The notes under the pieces were generated by a model. It worked only from the letters and a program-made list of their open reading frames with translations, had not been told where the DNA came from and did no database searches. A DNA stretch of 64,000 nt from Gemmatimonadales bacterium. Its GTDB lineage: Bacteria; Gemmatimonadota; Gemmatimonadetes; Gemmatimonadales; GWC2-71-9. Position numbers and translations under genes: made by a program. The stretch lies in contig OZ252244.1 of assembly GCA_965249575.1 (NCBI GenBank), forward strand, positions 1,728,001-1,792,000, in the 5' to 3' direction. This document shows, piece after piece, positions 19,206 to 30,034 of this stretch. Every line of letters starts with the position of its first letter. The stretch's first letter is position 1.

Positions 19206-21593
19206 ATGACCGATCGCCGCGACTTCATCAAGACCGTGATCGTGGGCACCGTGGGCGGCTCGTTGGGCTGCCGGTTTGCTGGAGGAAACGGAGACGGAGC
19301 CGGTGAGTTCGACGGGATGCTCGCCGGCGAGACGGTTACGGCGCAGAGCGAGCGCCATGACGTGTGCCACCAGGTGCGTGACGGGGCAAGCCTGCCGGTG
19401 CCACCCGCGGAGCGTTCGGTCGACGCGGTGATCGTCGGGTGCGGGTTGAGCGGGCTGACGGCAGCGTACCGGCTCCTGGACGCCGACATTCTTTGCCTCG
19501 AGAACGAGCCGTGGGTCGGGGGGAACGCCCGCGTCGCGACGTGGGACGGGTTTCCCTACTCGGTGGGAGCGTTCTTCACGCACTCCATGTCCACGCCTAT
19601 GAAGCTCTACGAGGAGGTCGGCCTCGAGCTCCAAGAGCGGCACTCGATGTTCTTCGACGCGACACAACCCATCATGTACGACGACCGCATCGTGCACGAT
19701 CGGTGGGGCGAGGGGTTTCAGGAGTTGAACCCGCGGTCGAGCTGGAGCAGCTGGGACCGTTTCAAGGAGGACATGCTCGCGATCGACGCCTACGCTCGGC
19801 AAGAGGAGCTGGACCGGATTCCATTCCGCGATCTGCTCGGCCCGTACGAGCCGGAGGTGGTGCGCTGGTTCGACCTGACCGCCGAGTTCATGGGCGGGAC
19901 GAGCGCCGAGCTGTCCGCCTATGCCGGGGTACTCTACACCAGGGTGTTCAACGGCGAAGGGCTAGGCCTCCTGCTCACGCAGCGCCAGGCCGATCACGGT
20001 CACTACTGGTTTCCCGGCGGCCTCGGACCCGCGTCGAAACGGCTCGCCGAGCGGGTGGAGGAGGCGGGTGCGGGGCGTATCGTCACGTCGGCGTCGGTCT
20101 ATCGTATCGCGAACGCCGGTGACCAGGTACACGTGAGCTACATGCTGGACGGCGAGCCCCACACTTTGAGCGCGGGCGTCTGCATCGTCGCGTGCCAGAA
20201 GTTCATGGCCCGGCACATCGTGGCCGATCTCCCGCGCGACCAAGACGCGGCGATGCAGTCGTACCGGTACCATCCGTACCTGGCGCTCCTCATGGGGTTC
20301 AAAGAGCCGGTGGAACTCTCGCGCGCTCAGATACTCTCACCGCTTGCTGGCGGCATGGGAGCCGGCAGGCCCCGTGAAGACGGGAGGATGATTGCCCGCA
20401 CCATCGTCCCCGTCCGGCCGGAACGCCGCGGCGAGCTGCTCACAGAGGAGGGGATCCGCGCGGTCGGGGAGCGACTGACCGGCGCGCTCGACTCCGCGCC
20501 CGGCGCCGTCTCAGTCTCTGCTACCGCTGTGGATCTCTCCAGCAACATGTCTTCAGCGGCAACAGTCGACTTCACGATTCTTCCCGGGTGGCTTCAACTC
20601 GGCCCATCCCAAGGCGGCGTCACCGACGTGGCGATCGCTAGCGACGGCGCGAGCCTATACCGCTTCTACTGCATACCGGTCGACATCTGCGACGAGGGAC
20701 GGCTCGATCGCTGGAGCGGCGGCGCGTGGACGACGATCGCACACCCTACCAACCAGTGCCACCAACCCGACATCGAGGTCGAGGGTTCATTGTGGGTAGC
20801 CAGCTTCGCCGATGACAGCCCAGACTATGGATTCGCCAGCAATGCCAACGGACCCACGGTGGTCTTTACTGGCATTTTCCTGGTGCACCAGTGGGGCATG
20901 GACGTCGCGATCGCTCAGGGCCGGCCGTACATGGCGTTCGCGGCTCGCTACTCCGATGGGAACCCATTCAACTACATGATGCTGCACGTCATCAGTCCGA
21001 TCCCGGCCGGCGCCCCGGCTAGGCTCAGGGGCGGCTGGGGTGGGGTCGTGGGACAGGACATCGCGACTGACCCGGCGATTGCCGGCGATGCCAACGGCTG
21101 GTATGCCGTCACCCGCCAGGGTCCCAATCTGTATGTGAAGAAGGGTTACCGAGGGGCCACCCAGACTTTCTACGAGAACATCGGCGCGGGTTTCTCATTC
21201 AGTGGCGATCCCACGAAGCCGGAGATCATCGTCTATCAGGGAGGGCCGGTAGTTGCCTGGATGGAGGACGGCCAGACATCACTGCACCTCGCCCGGTTCG
21301 ACGGCGCGAACTGGATCGCCTTCGGGACGGATCAGGTCGCGAGCGGCATCTTCGGCCGAGTGAGGATGGACGTACTGGGTGACGACTTGTACGTGGTGGA
21401 CGCCAAATCGTCGGCTTCACCGCGGCTCACGGTGAGCCACTATGACGGTGCCAACTGGACCGAGCTACCCGACGCGTTGAGCGCTATCGACAACCCGACC
21501 TCGAGCCGTGGGGACATCGCAGTGACGGACACGGGGCCGGTGGTGGCGTATATCAGCGGTGGGGTACTCAGGATCAAGAAGTATTTTCCGTAG
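19206..21593 (+). CDS. Tat-signal FAD-dependent oxidoreductase joined to an unrelated beta-rich C-terminal region (chimeric ORF)
   Basis: DRRDFI; GCGLSGL...E..PWVGGNA FAD motif; composition changes abruptly near 20490. Confidence 0.65.
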   Translation: MTDRRDFIKTVIVGTVGGSLGCRFAGGNGDGAGEFDGMLAGETVTAQSERHDVCHQVRDGASLPVPPAERSVDAVIVGCGLSGLTAAYRLLDADILCLENEPWVGGNARVATWDGFPYSVGAFFTHSMSTPMKLYEEVGLELQERHSMFFDATQPIMYDDRIVHDRWGEGFQELNPRSSWSSWDRFKEDMLAIDAYARQEELDRIPFRDLLGPYEPEVVRWFDLTAEFMGGTSAELSAYAGVLYTRVFNGEGLGLLLTQRQADHGHYWFPGGLGPASKRLAERVEEAGAGRIVTSASVYRIANAGDQVHVSYMLDGEPHTLSAGVCIVACQKFMARHIVADLPRDQDAAMQSYRYHPYLALLMGFKEPVELSRAQILSPLAGGMGAGRPREDGRMIARTIVPVRPERRGELLTEEGIRAVGERLTGALDSAPGAVSVSATAVDLSSNMSSAATVDFTILPGWLQLGPSQGGVTDVAIASDGASLYRFYCIPVDICDEGRLDRWSGGAWTTIAHPTNQCHQPDIEVEGSLWVASFADDSPDYGFASNANGPTVVFTGIFLVHQWGMDVAIAQGRPYMAFAARYSDGNPFNYMMLHVISPIPAGAPARLRGGWGGVVGQDIATDPAIAGDANGWYAVTRQGPNLYVKKGYRGATQTFYENIGAGFSFSGDPTKPEIIVYQGGPVVAWMEDGQTSLHLARFDGANWIAFGTDQVASGIFGRVRMDVLGDDLYVVDAKSSASPRLTVSHYDGANWTELPDALSAIDNPTSSRGDIAVTDTGPVVAYISGGVLRIKKYFP

Positions 21594-21631
21594 CAGGGAC
21601 TGCTCACTGGGAGCAGGGTGGGGCGGCGGGG

Positions 21632-23374
21632 CTACGCGCCCACCGCCCGCGAAGTCTCAGTCTTCGGCAACCGGGCCCTCGGCGCCCACAGGTCCAGCGC
21701 GAGCCGCATGACGACGTAGAGAACGGCCATGAGGCTCACGAGGATGACCGCGAGGGATGCACTCTGCGGAGTGAGGCCTTCGCCCCAGAGAAAGTAGATG
21801 CGCTGCGAGAGCGTGGCGGTCTCGGGCGTTCCGGTTCCCAGAAACAGCGGCGTCAACAGGTCGCGCATGCTCGCCATCCAGAGCAGGAGAAACGTCGCGA
21901 CGGCGACGGGACGGATGACGGGGACAGTGATCCGCCGCAGCATGGTGAAGGTCCCCGCGCCGCACGTGCGCGCGGCTTCCTCGAGCTCGGGCCGAATCTG
22001 ACTCAGGCCGTCCCGCAGGTGCTGAACCCCCAGCGGTAAGAACCGCGAGATCTGGCAGATGATGATGATCCAGACGGTTCCATACAGAACCAGCGGCGGC
22101 CGGAGCCACGCCCACGCCACCCCGACCACGAAGGCGACACCGGGCACGGCGATGGGGAACGTGGCGATGAACGACAGCAAGTCCTTGAGCGGGCCGCGCC
22201 CGCGCAGATCGAGGTAAGCGACCAGCAACGCGATGAGCCCGGTCGCGGCGGACATGACGAACGCCACCTGGAGCGTGTTCCAGAAGATCTCGTGAAACAC
22301 CGGGCTCCCGAAGTGATCCAGGTAGTGTCGTAGGGTCAGGTTCGACAGGGAGAAGCTGCGGTAAATGTTAGCCGACAGCGACAGCACGGCGAGGGTGACG
22401 TAAGGGACGACGAGCGCAAACGCGAGCACCGCCAGATTGAAGGCCGCGAGCGGATACTTCATCCACCCAACCTCGATCTGCACCGAGCGGTGTCCCTTGC
22501 CGGCGATCACCTGGAACCGGCCGCCGTGGTGCCGCCGCGCCACGCGCAGCCCGACCCACACGGCGAGCCCTGCGGTGATGGCGAAGAATACGGCGATCGC
22601 CGCCGAAAGGCCCAGATCCGGGGGTGGCGTGTTGAGGAGTCGATAGAGATACGTCGCGAAGACGTAGATCTTGCCCGGCGTTCCGAGAATCGCGGGAATG
22701 GAAAAGCTCTCCCAGAGAATCACGATCGAGAAGACGATGCTCGTGACCATCGCCGGTGTGACCAACGGCAGCGTCACCCGACGGAGCATCTTCCATGGCG
22801 AGGCCCCCGCGGTGAGCGCCGCCTCCTCGTAGCTGCTGTCGACGCTCTCCAGCGCGGCGCTCAGCGTGAGATACAGATAGGGATAGAGAAACAGCGCCGC
22901 GACGAAAATCATGCTCGGCATCGAGAACGCGTTGAACGGCTTTACACCGAACAGTGCGTCCATCCACTTGTTGAACGTCCCGGCTTGCGGTGAGAGTAGC
23001 CAGGCATAGGCCATGGCGGTGATCCACGGCGGATTGACGAACGCGATGATGCTCGCCGAGCGGACCAAGCCCGCGAATGGGGTGCTGAGGCGCGTGGTGC
23101 TCAGGGCGGAGACGGCCGCCATCGCCATGCCGAGGATGAGGGAGCAGAGGCTGAACACCATGGAGTTCTTCATGGCGTCGATGGGACCGAGCCCCCGGAA
23201 GACCGACCGGTAGTTCTCGAGGGTGAGGCCGGTCTCTCCCTCGAGGCTCCCGAGCGCCAGCCACATCATGGGGTAGACGGTGACGACGCCTACGGCGAGT
23301 AGCCCAAGCAATACCGCGGTCGTCAGCCCGTCCGGGCGCCACCGGCTCCCGAGCGCGGCGATCCCTGTCGTCAC
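21632..23374 (-). CDS. ABC transporter permease, FbpB-type with two TM modules
   Basis: Two EAA motifs (EEAALTAGA and EEAARTCGA). Confidence 0.9.
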   Translation of the reverse strand: MTTGIAALGSRWRPDGLTTAVLLGLLAVGVVTVYPMMWLALGSLEGETGLTLENYRSVFRGLGPIDAMKNSMVFSLCSLILGMAMAAVSALSTTRLSTPFAGLVRSASIIAFVNPPWITAMAYAWLLSPQAGTFNKWMDALFGVKPFNAFSMPSMIFVAALFLYPYLYLTLSAALESVDSSYEEAALTAGASPWKMLRRVTLPLVTPAMVTSIVFSIVILWESFSIPAILGTPGKIYVFATYLYRLLNTPPPDLGLSAAIAVFFAITAGLAVWVGLRVARRHHGGRFQVIAGKGHRSVQIEVGWMKYPLAAFNLAVLAFALVVPYVTLAVLSLSANIYRSFSLSNLTLRHYLDHFGSPVFHEIFWNTLQVAFVMSAATGLIALLVAYLDLRGRGPLKDLLSFIATFPIAVPGVAFVVGVAWAWLRPPLVLYGTVWIIIICQISRFLPLGVQHLRDGLSQIRPELEEAARTCGAGTFTMLRRITVPVIRPVAVATFLLLWMASMRDLLTPLFLGTGTPETATLSQRIYFLWGEGLTPQSASLAVILVSLMAVLYVVMRLALDLWAPRARLPKTETSRAVGA

Positions 23375-23562
23375 CGAGACCTACGCGATCGGCTCATCGC
23401 ACCGGTGCATTGAATCTTAAAGACTCCTTTCATCCATTCTTCACGCTCGTTTGACCGTTGCCGTGGCAAACCTCGGAGTGCAGTTTCAAGGCTCGCGCGA
23501 TCCAGGGTACCCCCGTCGGGAACCGCAGACAAGCCGTGCCCGGTGGGCTCAAGGGAGTCCAT

Positions 23563-25188
23563 ATGCCTTCGAACCAAACCGTCGCCGGGCGGCCGCAGTC
23601 AGTGCTACTGCTGCCACTGGTTCTCATCCTGCTCCTGGGCGGGCTCACCGGGCTATCGCCGATCAGCGGCAACTCGACGCTCGTCTGGTCATTCTGGGGC
23701 ACTGCCGGTGCGCTGGCCATGTGGCTCCTCATCCTGGCGACCCGGACGTCGCTATCGGGCCAGAAGCTCGAGATCGCGTCCGGCGTGAAACGATCGCACT
23801 GGGTGCAGGCGATCGTCCAGCTCTGCGTGTACGCCTACTGGGGCTGGTACTGGCCCGAGGTCTACGCCCATTGGCTCCACATCTTGGCCCAGATCGTCTT
23901 CGCCTACGTCTTCGACATGCTGCTCTCGTGGTCGAGACGCGGCCAATGGTCTCTCGGCTTCGGGCAGTGGCCGATCATCTTGGCCACGAACCTGTTCCTA
24001 TGGTTCCGCGACGACTGGTTCTACCTGCAGTTCGTGCTGGTGGCGGTGGGCTACCTCGGCAAGGAACTGATCCGCTGGGAGCGGGACGGCCGGCGCGCCC
24101 ACATCTTCAACCCCTCGGCGTTCTCGCTGAGCGCGTTCTCGCTGGTGCTGCTCGCTACCGGCGGTACCGGGATCACGTGGGGACGCGAGATCGCCGATAC
24201 GCTGCTCGCGCCCGAACACATCTATCTCGAGATCTTCCTGCTGGGGCTGGTCGTGCAGGCCCTGTTCTTCGTCACGCTGACGACCGCTTCGGCGGGGGCG
24301 CTGCTGTTCGCGGCCAGCCTGCTCTACAAGAGCGTCACCGGTCTCTACTTCTTCGGCGATTCGACGATCCCGATCGCAGTCTTCATCGGGTTGCACCTGC
24401 TCGTCACCGACCCGGCCACGTCCCCGCGGACCAACCTGGGCCGCGTGATCTTCGGCGGCCTCTACGGGGCTAGCGTGTTCGGCATTTACGGACTGCTGGA
24501 CTGGCTCGGCGAGCCCACATTCTACGACAAGCTCCTGTGCGTGCCGTTAATGAACCTCGCGGTCAAGTCGCTTGACCGCTTCGCCACCGGCACGGCGCTC
24601 GAACGTCTGGACTTCGGCCGCCTCGGGCGCGGGATGACGCCGTGGCAGCTCAACATTGGCCACATGGCGATCTGGGCGGCGATCTTCGGCGGAGCCTACG
24701 CCACGGGCCACGCCGGCGCCGAGCATGAGGCCCGCGATCCGGCGTTCTGGGAGCAGGCTTGCGAAGGGGGAGCGGGGTCGCAGCGGGCCTGCGAGACACT
24801 GGTGACGATTCACTCAAGCTACTGCGCGCAGGGCCTGCCCAACTCGTGCAACCAACTGGGAGTAGCTCTGAGCAAGGGGGAGATCGCGTCGTTCGACGCG
24901 CCGCGTGCCGCCCTCGCCTTCGACCGCGCGTGCGACCTCGGCTTCGAGGTGGGCTGCTCCAACCTCGAGCGCCTCCGCGAATGGCGATACGAAACGGTCA
25001 TACAGCTCGAGACGGCCTGCGGGGACGGTGACGCTGCGAGCTGTGTGAGCCTCGCGCAGATGCTGTACAGCGGGGACGGCGTGCCGCCCGACGAGGAACG
25101 CGCAATCGATGTACTCCGCAGAGCGTGCGACCTGGGACATCAGGGGGGGTGTCAGATGGTAGATGAAGCTGTGCGTGCGAGGCGGTAG
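23563..25188 (+). CDS. RnfD/NqrB/UnbU-like membrane protein with C-terminal Cys-rich Sel1-like repeats
   Basis: HIFNPS and TDPATSP motifs; repeated RACDLG...C units. Confidence 0.7.
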   Translation: MPSNQTVAGRPQSVLLLPLVLILLLGGLTGLSPISGNSTLVWSFWGTAGALAMWLLILATRTSLSGQKLEIASGVKRSHWVQAIVQLCVYAYWGWYWPEVYAHWLHILAQIVFAYVFDMLLSWSRRGQWSLGFGQWPIILATNLFLWFRDDWFYLQFVLVAVGYLGKELIRWERDGRRAHIFNPSAFSLSAFSLVLLATGGTGITWGREIADTLLAPEHIYLEIFLLGLVVQALFFVTLTTASAGALLFAASLLYKSVTGLYFFGDSTIPIAVFIGLHLLVTDPATSPRTNLGRVIFGGLYGASVFGIYGLLDWLGEPTFYDKLLCVPLMNLAVKSLDRFATGTALERLDFGRLGRGMTPWQLNIGHMAIWAAIFGGAYATGHAGAEHEARDPAFWEQACEGGAGSQRACETLVTIHSSYCAQGLPNSCNQLGVALSKGEIASFDAPRAALAFDRACDLGFEVGCSNLERLREWRYETVIQLETACGDGDAASCVSLAQMLYSGDGVPPDEERAIDVLRRACDLGHQGGCQMVDEAVRARR

Positions 25189-25274
25189 TGGGATAGTGGG
25201 TGGTGAGTGGATCGGGAACTCGCGGCTGAGAGCCGCGACTCGGCTGGTCCATCGCTGAAAGCTACGATCACCAC

Positions 25275-26387
25275 TCACCACTCACCTCTCGACTCCCGGG
25301 GCAACATCATCACGTCCTCGGGCGCGAGCGTCACTTCCACTTCCTCTCCCGGGCGCCAGTCGTTGCCGCCGGAGTCTCTCGCGTTGAGCGTCAGGTCACC
25401 GACCTGCACCAGGCAATCGACTTCCTCTCCGAGAAACGTCACGCGGGTAATTCGGCCCGGCAAAGCGTCCGGCGAGCTGCCGGCGGTCTGCTGGTGGAGC
25501 GTGACGCGGCTCGGGCGAATGGCGATCCAGACCTCGTCCTTCACCGCGCCCTCGCCGGTTGCCACGATGGGCCGCGGGATGCCGGCGAGCGCGACCTCGA
25601 CGCGGCCACCGTCTCGCACCGCGACGATCTCGCCCGCGAGGCGGTTGGAGACACCCAGGAAATCGGCGACGAAGGGATGCTCGGGCTCGGTGAAGATCTC
25701 GCGCGGCGCGCCCTGCCGCAGGATGATCCCGTTTCGCAAGACGATCACGTGATCGGAGAGCGCCATGGCCTCCGCCTGATCGTGCGTCACGTAGATCGCG
25801 GTGAGGCCAAAGCGCTGCTGCACGTCCCGCAGCTCGAAGCGCATGGCCTCGCGCAGCCGAGCGTCGAGATTTGCCAGCGGCTCGTCGAGCAGCAGCACGC
25901 GCGGCCGGTAGACCAGCGCGCGGGCGAGCACGACCCGCTGCTGCTGTCCCCCGCTCAGCTCCGAAGGATAGCGCTCCTGGTAGCCTTCCATCCCCACGCT
26001 CCGGAGCACCTCAAGGACTCGCTTTTTGAGCGCGGCCCGCTCGTCGGATTTCTTCTTGTTCAGCTCGAGCGCTAGCGCCACGTTGGCGAACACGGTCAAG
26101 TGCGGCCAGATCGCGTACGACTGGAACACCATGCCGACCGCCCTCTTCTCGACCGGAACCGACTCGCCAGTCGCGCCATCGTGCACGACTTCGTCGCCGA
26201 TGACGATTCGGCCGGCCGACGGCGTCTCAAGCCCCGCGATGCAGCGGAGGATGGTGGTTTTCCCGCAGCCACTGGGCCCCAAGAGCGTGACGATCCGGCC
26301 TTCGCGCGCGGTAAAGGACACGCCGTCCACCGCGCGGCCTTCGCGACCGAACTCCTTCGTCAGGCGCTCGACCCTGACCTCAGCCAT
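25275..26387 (-). CDS. ABC transporter ATP-binding protein (FbpC/PotA-type, TOBE domain)
   Basis: GPSGCGKT, LSGGQQQ and LLLDEP motifs. Confidence 0.93.
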   Translation of the reverse strand: MAEVRVERLTKEFGREGRAVDGVSFTAREGRIVTLLGPSGCGKTTILRCIAGLETPSAGRIVIGDEVVHDGATGESVPVEKRAVGMVFQSYAIWPHLTVFANVALALELNKKKSDERAALKKRVLEVLRSVGMEGYQERYPSELSGGQQQRVVLARALVYRPRVLLLDEPLANLDARLREAMRFELRDVQQRFGLTAIYVTHDQAEAMALSDHVIVLRNGIILRQGAPREIFTEPEHPFVADFLGVSNRLAGEIVAVRDGGRVEVALAGIPRPIVATGEGAVKDEVWIAIRPSRVTLHQQTAGSSPDALPGRITRVTFLGEEVDCLVQVGDLTLNARDSGGNDWRPGEEVEVTLAPEDVMMLPRESRGEW

Positions 26388-26455
26388 TTAGTGGAACCGG
26401 GGGATGTATGACGGCGCGGCGCGCGGTTACGAACGCCGCGGCCGGCGACGACGGG

Positions 26456-27538
26456 TCAGCGGGGGAGGGATCGCCACAGCTTGATGATCCGCTCGCGGTT
26501 GTCGTTGAAAGTTTCGGCGTCGATGGAGACCGGGTCCAGCGCTTCCAACTCCGGGAAACCTTCCGGAGGCCCAACCCCCTCCACCACCGGATAGGCCTTC
26601 AACTTCTGGGCGACCCCTTCCTGATGAGATTGCGAGAGCAGGAAGTTCACAAACAGCCGCGCCGCATTGGGGTGTGGTGCTAGCTCCGGCACGATAGCCC
26701 AGTACGTATCGACCTTGGTGCCCTTCACCCAGCGGTAAGCCAGAGGGGCTCCAGCCTGGATCTGCGCCGCCGGCGAGGTCTGGCTCATCGGTCCCAGGAG
26801 CCGCTCGCCCCGCGCGATGAAGTTGGCGGCTTCGACCTCTCGATCCGTCTCGAGGAGCTGATTCGCCGCGAACTTCTCGAGCCAGGACCTGCCGTACAGC
26901 CGCTCCCAGATGAAGATCAGACCCACGACGTTCGAGGAATTCTCTGGGCTCCCCATCGTGATCTTACTCCGGTACCTGGGATCCACGAGCCCCTCATAAG
27001 TGTCCGGCACCTCGTCTTCGGCGATCAGCTCGCGGTTGTAGATGATGGGGACGACCAGAGCGACCATGGGATGCGCATTCGGACGGCGATCCCGATAGCG
27101 CGCCGCATAGTTCGTTTCGTTCGGGACCGTGAACTCCGCCAGCCGCTCGTCCGGCGGCGTGCTCGCCGCGATGCTCGACTCGATCTGAAGCACGTCGGCC
27201 AAATGCGCGCCCGCGGCCACCTCGGTGAGGTAGGTCTGGAGCGTTGGGGCCGATCCGCCCTTTCGGCTGTAGTTCACTCGGATCCCGGTCGCGTCCTCGA
27301 AGCGTCGGAACAGGTCTCCCTCCACCGCCTCCACGAACACGCTCCGCACCTGGACTTCGCCCTCCTCTTTCGCCGCCGCGACGATCGCCTGCCACGACTC
27401 GTCGCCGCGCGAGATCTCCTCCATGAGGGCCGCACCGTCAGCGCTGTTCGCCGTCTCATCGCCACCCGTGCAACCGATGACCACGAGCGGAATCAATAGA
27501 AGCAAGCCGAGTGTTAGACGCACGTGCCGATCTCCCAT
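26456..27538 (-). CDS. ABC transporter substrate-binding lipoprotein (AfuA-like fold)
   Basis: VIGC lipobox; AAAKEEG and APHPNAARLFVNFLLS motifs. Confidence 0.85.
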   Translation of the reverse strand: MGDRHVRLTLGLLLLIPLVVIGCTGGDETANSADGAALMEEISRGDESWQAIVAAAKEEGEVQVRSVFVEAVEGDLFRRFEDATGIRVNYSRKGGSAPTLQTYLTEVAAGAHLADVLQIESSIAASTPPDERLAEFTVPNETNYAARYRDRRPNAHPMVALVVPIIYNRELIAEDEVPDTYEGLVDPRYRSKITMGSPENSSNVVGLIFIWERLYGRSWLEKFAANQLLETDREVEAANFIARGERLLGPMSQTSPAAQIQAGAPLAYRWVKGTKVDTYWAIVPELAPHPNAARLFVNFLLSQSHQEGVAQKLKAYPVVEGVGPPEGFPELEALDPVSIDAETFNDNRERIIKLWRSLPR

Positions 27539-28402
27539 TCAGTCATCGAGGCCGAGTAGTCGCGCCGCGTTCTCGCCCAAGCAGCGCGAACGGATCTCAT
27601 CGCTATCGAAGTCGAGCGCCTTGAACTGCTCCACGCTCTGCTTCAGCGGACGCACCGGGTAGCTGCTCCCGAACAGCAGCCGGTAGCTCAAGAAGTAATT
27701 CGCCGAGCGCACGTACTGCTCCGCGCCCGGAGTGTTCGGGATGTGTCCGTAGAAATCCGGGATCAGGTAGATGTTCGGGTTCTGGAATGCTACCCCACAC
27801 ATCTCCGTCGTCCAAGGCCAGGCCGCGTGCGGCACCACGATCTTGAGCTGCTTGAACCGCTGGGCGACACGCTGGATGTGGACCGGCATGCAGTAGGTCA
27901 TGTCCGGCCCCACGAAGATGCTGCTCGTGATCGACACGATCAGCCCGTCGGCCATGCACTTCTCATATAAAGGAAAGAGCGACTCGTCGTCGTCGTAAAG
28001 CGGAGGGTCGCACCATCCGTTGTCCAGCGCGATCCCCTTGAACCCCAACCCGCGGCAGCGGTCGATCTCCGCTAGGGCCCCGTCGGTCTTGGATCCGTTT
28101 ACGCCCCCGAAGGCGACGAACCTCTTGGGATACGTCTCGACCAGCTCCGCCAGCTCCTCGTTCGGGATCCATCCGTATGGCGACGGCGACTGCCGGCCCA
28201 TCACCACGCCGACGTCGATCTTCGCCTCGTCCATCTCCTCGAGGAATGCCGAGATCGACTGTTCCTCCAACGACCGATACAGAGGCAAGTCCAGTCGCAG
28301 CCCGCTCACCGTTACCGGATCGTAATTCGCATCCCGCTTCCGGAAGATGTGCAGGTCGCAGAAGCTCTTGAATGGCGGACGGACTCGGAAATCGATGATC
28401 AT
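27539..28402 (-). CDS. Amidohydrolase_2 family protein
   Basis: MIIDFRVRPP, HAAWPW, LFGSSYP and GENAARLL motifs. Confidence 0.85.
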   Translation of the reverse strand: MIIDFRVRPPFKSFCDLHIFRKRDANYDPVTVSGLRLDLPLYRSLEEQSISAFLEEMDEAKIDVGVVMGRQSPSPYGWIPNEELAELVETYPKRFVAFGGVNGSKTDGALAEIDRCRGLGFKGIALDNGWCDPPLYDDDESLFPLYEKCMADGLIVSITSSIFVGPDMTYCMPVHIQRVAQRFKQLKIVVPHAAWPWTTEMCGVAFQNPNIYLIPDFYGHIPNTPGAEQYVRSANYFLSYRLLFGSSYPVRPLKQSVEQFKALDFDSDEIRSRCLGENAARLLGLDD

Positions 28403-28615
28403 GGGGTAGGGGGTAGGGGTTAGCGGTTGGGACGGTGAGTCGTGAGTCGTGGGGACATCGCTTTGGGCACAAACCAGCCGAGCCGCCGCTCTTGGCCGCG
28501 CGCTCACAGTTATCGCACGACTCACCACTCACCCCCGCACTATCTTAACAGGCGGTCCCATCGCCCAACAGGGAATCCGTAGCCCAGGCAGTGTCCCGCA
28601 CTCTTTTGGAGATCC

Positions 28616-29416
28616 ATGCCCGTCATCGACTTTCGCGCCCGGCCGAATACCGAGCAGTACATGAGCATGTATCCCGACTCCCGTCCATGGGAGAGGTTCT
28701 TCCACTGCCCGAGGCCTGAACCCGTCTCGGTAGCGGAGTTCATCACGGCATTGGACGAGGTGGGGGTCACGCAGGCGGTCTTCACCGGCCGGCAGACGCC
28801 GGTAAATACGCTGAGCAACGACTACGTGCACGAGTGCATCCAGGCATATCCTGACCGGCTCTTCGGCTTCGCGGGGATCGATCCAACCAAGGGCGAGGCG
28901 GCCGTGAAGGAGATCGAGCGCGCAGTCAAGAAACTCGGCATGAGTGGGATCTCCATAGACCCCCATTCGTCGCGCCGCAAGCCCGACGACGATATCTGGC
29001 ACCCGCTGTACGAGAAATGCACCGAGCTGGGCGTCCCGGTCATCGTCACGATGGGCCCCATCGTCGGGAAGTGGGCGCCACCGGACAGCATCGACAACGC
29101 CGCCGAGCGTTTTCCGAAACTCACCGTCGTCTGCTCGCATGGAGTGTGGCCGCGGGTCAACGAGCTGATCGCGCTCGCCTACAAGAACGAGAACGTCTAT
29201 CTCGAGGCGTCGATCTACGAGTTCCTGCCGGGGGCAGAGCCGATCTTTCAGGCAGCGAACACTATTCTACAGGACAAGGTCATATATGCGAGCGGGTTTC
29301 CGTTCAGGCCTCTCGACGACCTTCAGTTATTCCTCAAGTACCCGTTCTCGCCGGAGGTTGTGGAGAAGGTGACGTATGGGAACGCGGCGAAGGTGCTGGG
29401 CCTCCCCACACCCTGA
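28616..29416 (+). CDS. Amidohydrolase_2 family protein
   Basis: IDFRARP, SHGVWP, IYASGFP and GNAAKVL motifs. Confidence 0.85.
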   Translation: MPVIDFRARPNTEQYMSMYPDSRPWERFFHCPRPEPVSVAEFITALDEVGVTQAVFTGRQTPVNTLSNDYVHECIQAYPDRLFGFAGIDPTKGEAAVKEIERAVKKLGMSGISIDPHSSRRKPDDDIWHPLYEKCTELGVPVIVTMGPIVGKWAPPDSIDNAAERFPKLTVVCSHGVWPRVNELIALAYKNENVYLEASIYEFLPGAEPIFQAANTILQDKVIYASGFPFRPLDDLQLFLKYPFSPEVVEKVTYGNAAKVLGLPTP

Positions 29417-29578
29417 CCCCACCCCACCCCACCAGTGAGTGGTGAGTGGTGAGTGGGCCGTGCCGGTGGGCGGGCCTTACCCGCCTCGCGAATGACCGTA
29501 ACTTTCAGGCTTGCCGACGTTGCCGGCCCCCGGGCCACCGTCGCTCCTCCCAAACTCCGACCAACCACGGAGTACTCC

Positions 29579-30034
29579 ATGATCGCGTTTAGAGTGAACG
29601 GAAAGCGCGTCCAAGCCGACTCGACGCCCGATACCCCGCTGCTCTGGGTAATTCGGGACGAGCTCGCGCTCACGGGTACCAAGTTCGGGTGTGGGATGGG
29701 CCTGTGCGGTGCGTGCACCGTGCACGTGGACGGTGCCGTTACCCGTTCCTGCCAGACACCACTCTCGGCCGTGGAAGGGAAGCGAGTCACCACCATCGAG
29801 GGCTTGTCGAGGAACGGTGACCATCCGGTGCAGCGCGCGTGGGTCGCGGAGCAAGTACCCCAGTGCGGCTACTGCCAGTCTGGGCAGATCATGGCCGCAG
29901 CGGCCCTGCTGGAGGAGAACGCGGACCCGACCGACGCCGAGATCGACACCGCTATGCAAGTCAACGTATGCCGCTGCGGTACCTATCAGCGAATCCGGAA
30001 GGCCGTGCATCGGGCGGCGGGAGGTGCGGCATGA
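29579..30034 (+). CDS. iorA: (2Fe-2S) subunit of an isoquinoline 1-oxidoreductase-like molybdoenzyme
   Basis: [23 protein letters not shown] and CRCGTY motifs. Confidence 0.9.
   Translation: MIAFRVNGKRVQADSTPDTPLLWVIRDELALTGTKFGCGMGLCGACTVHVDGAVTRSCQTPLSAVEGKRVTTIEGLSRNGDHPVQRAWVAEQVPQCGYCQSGQIMAAAALLEENADPTDAEIDTAMQVNVCRCGTYQRIRKAVHRAAGGAA

Noticed and set aside
23563..25188. Enediyne cluster or Rnf/Nqr complex
   Set aside because: No PKS, unbV-like or other rnf/nqr genes nearby
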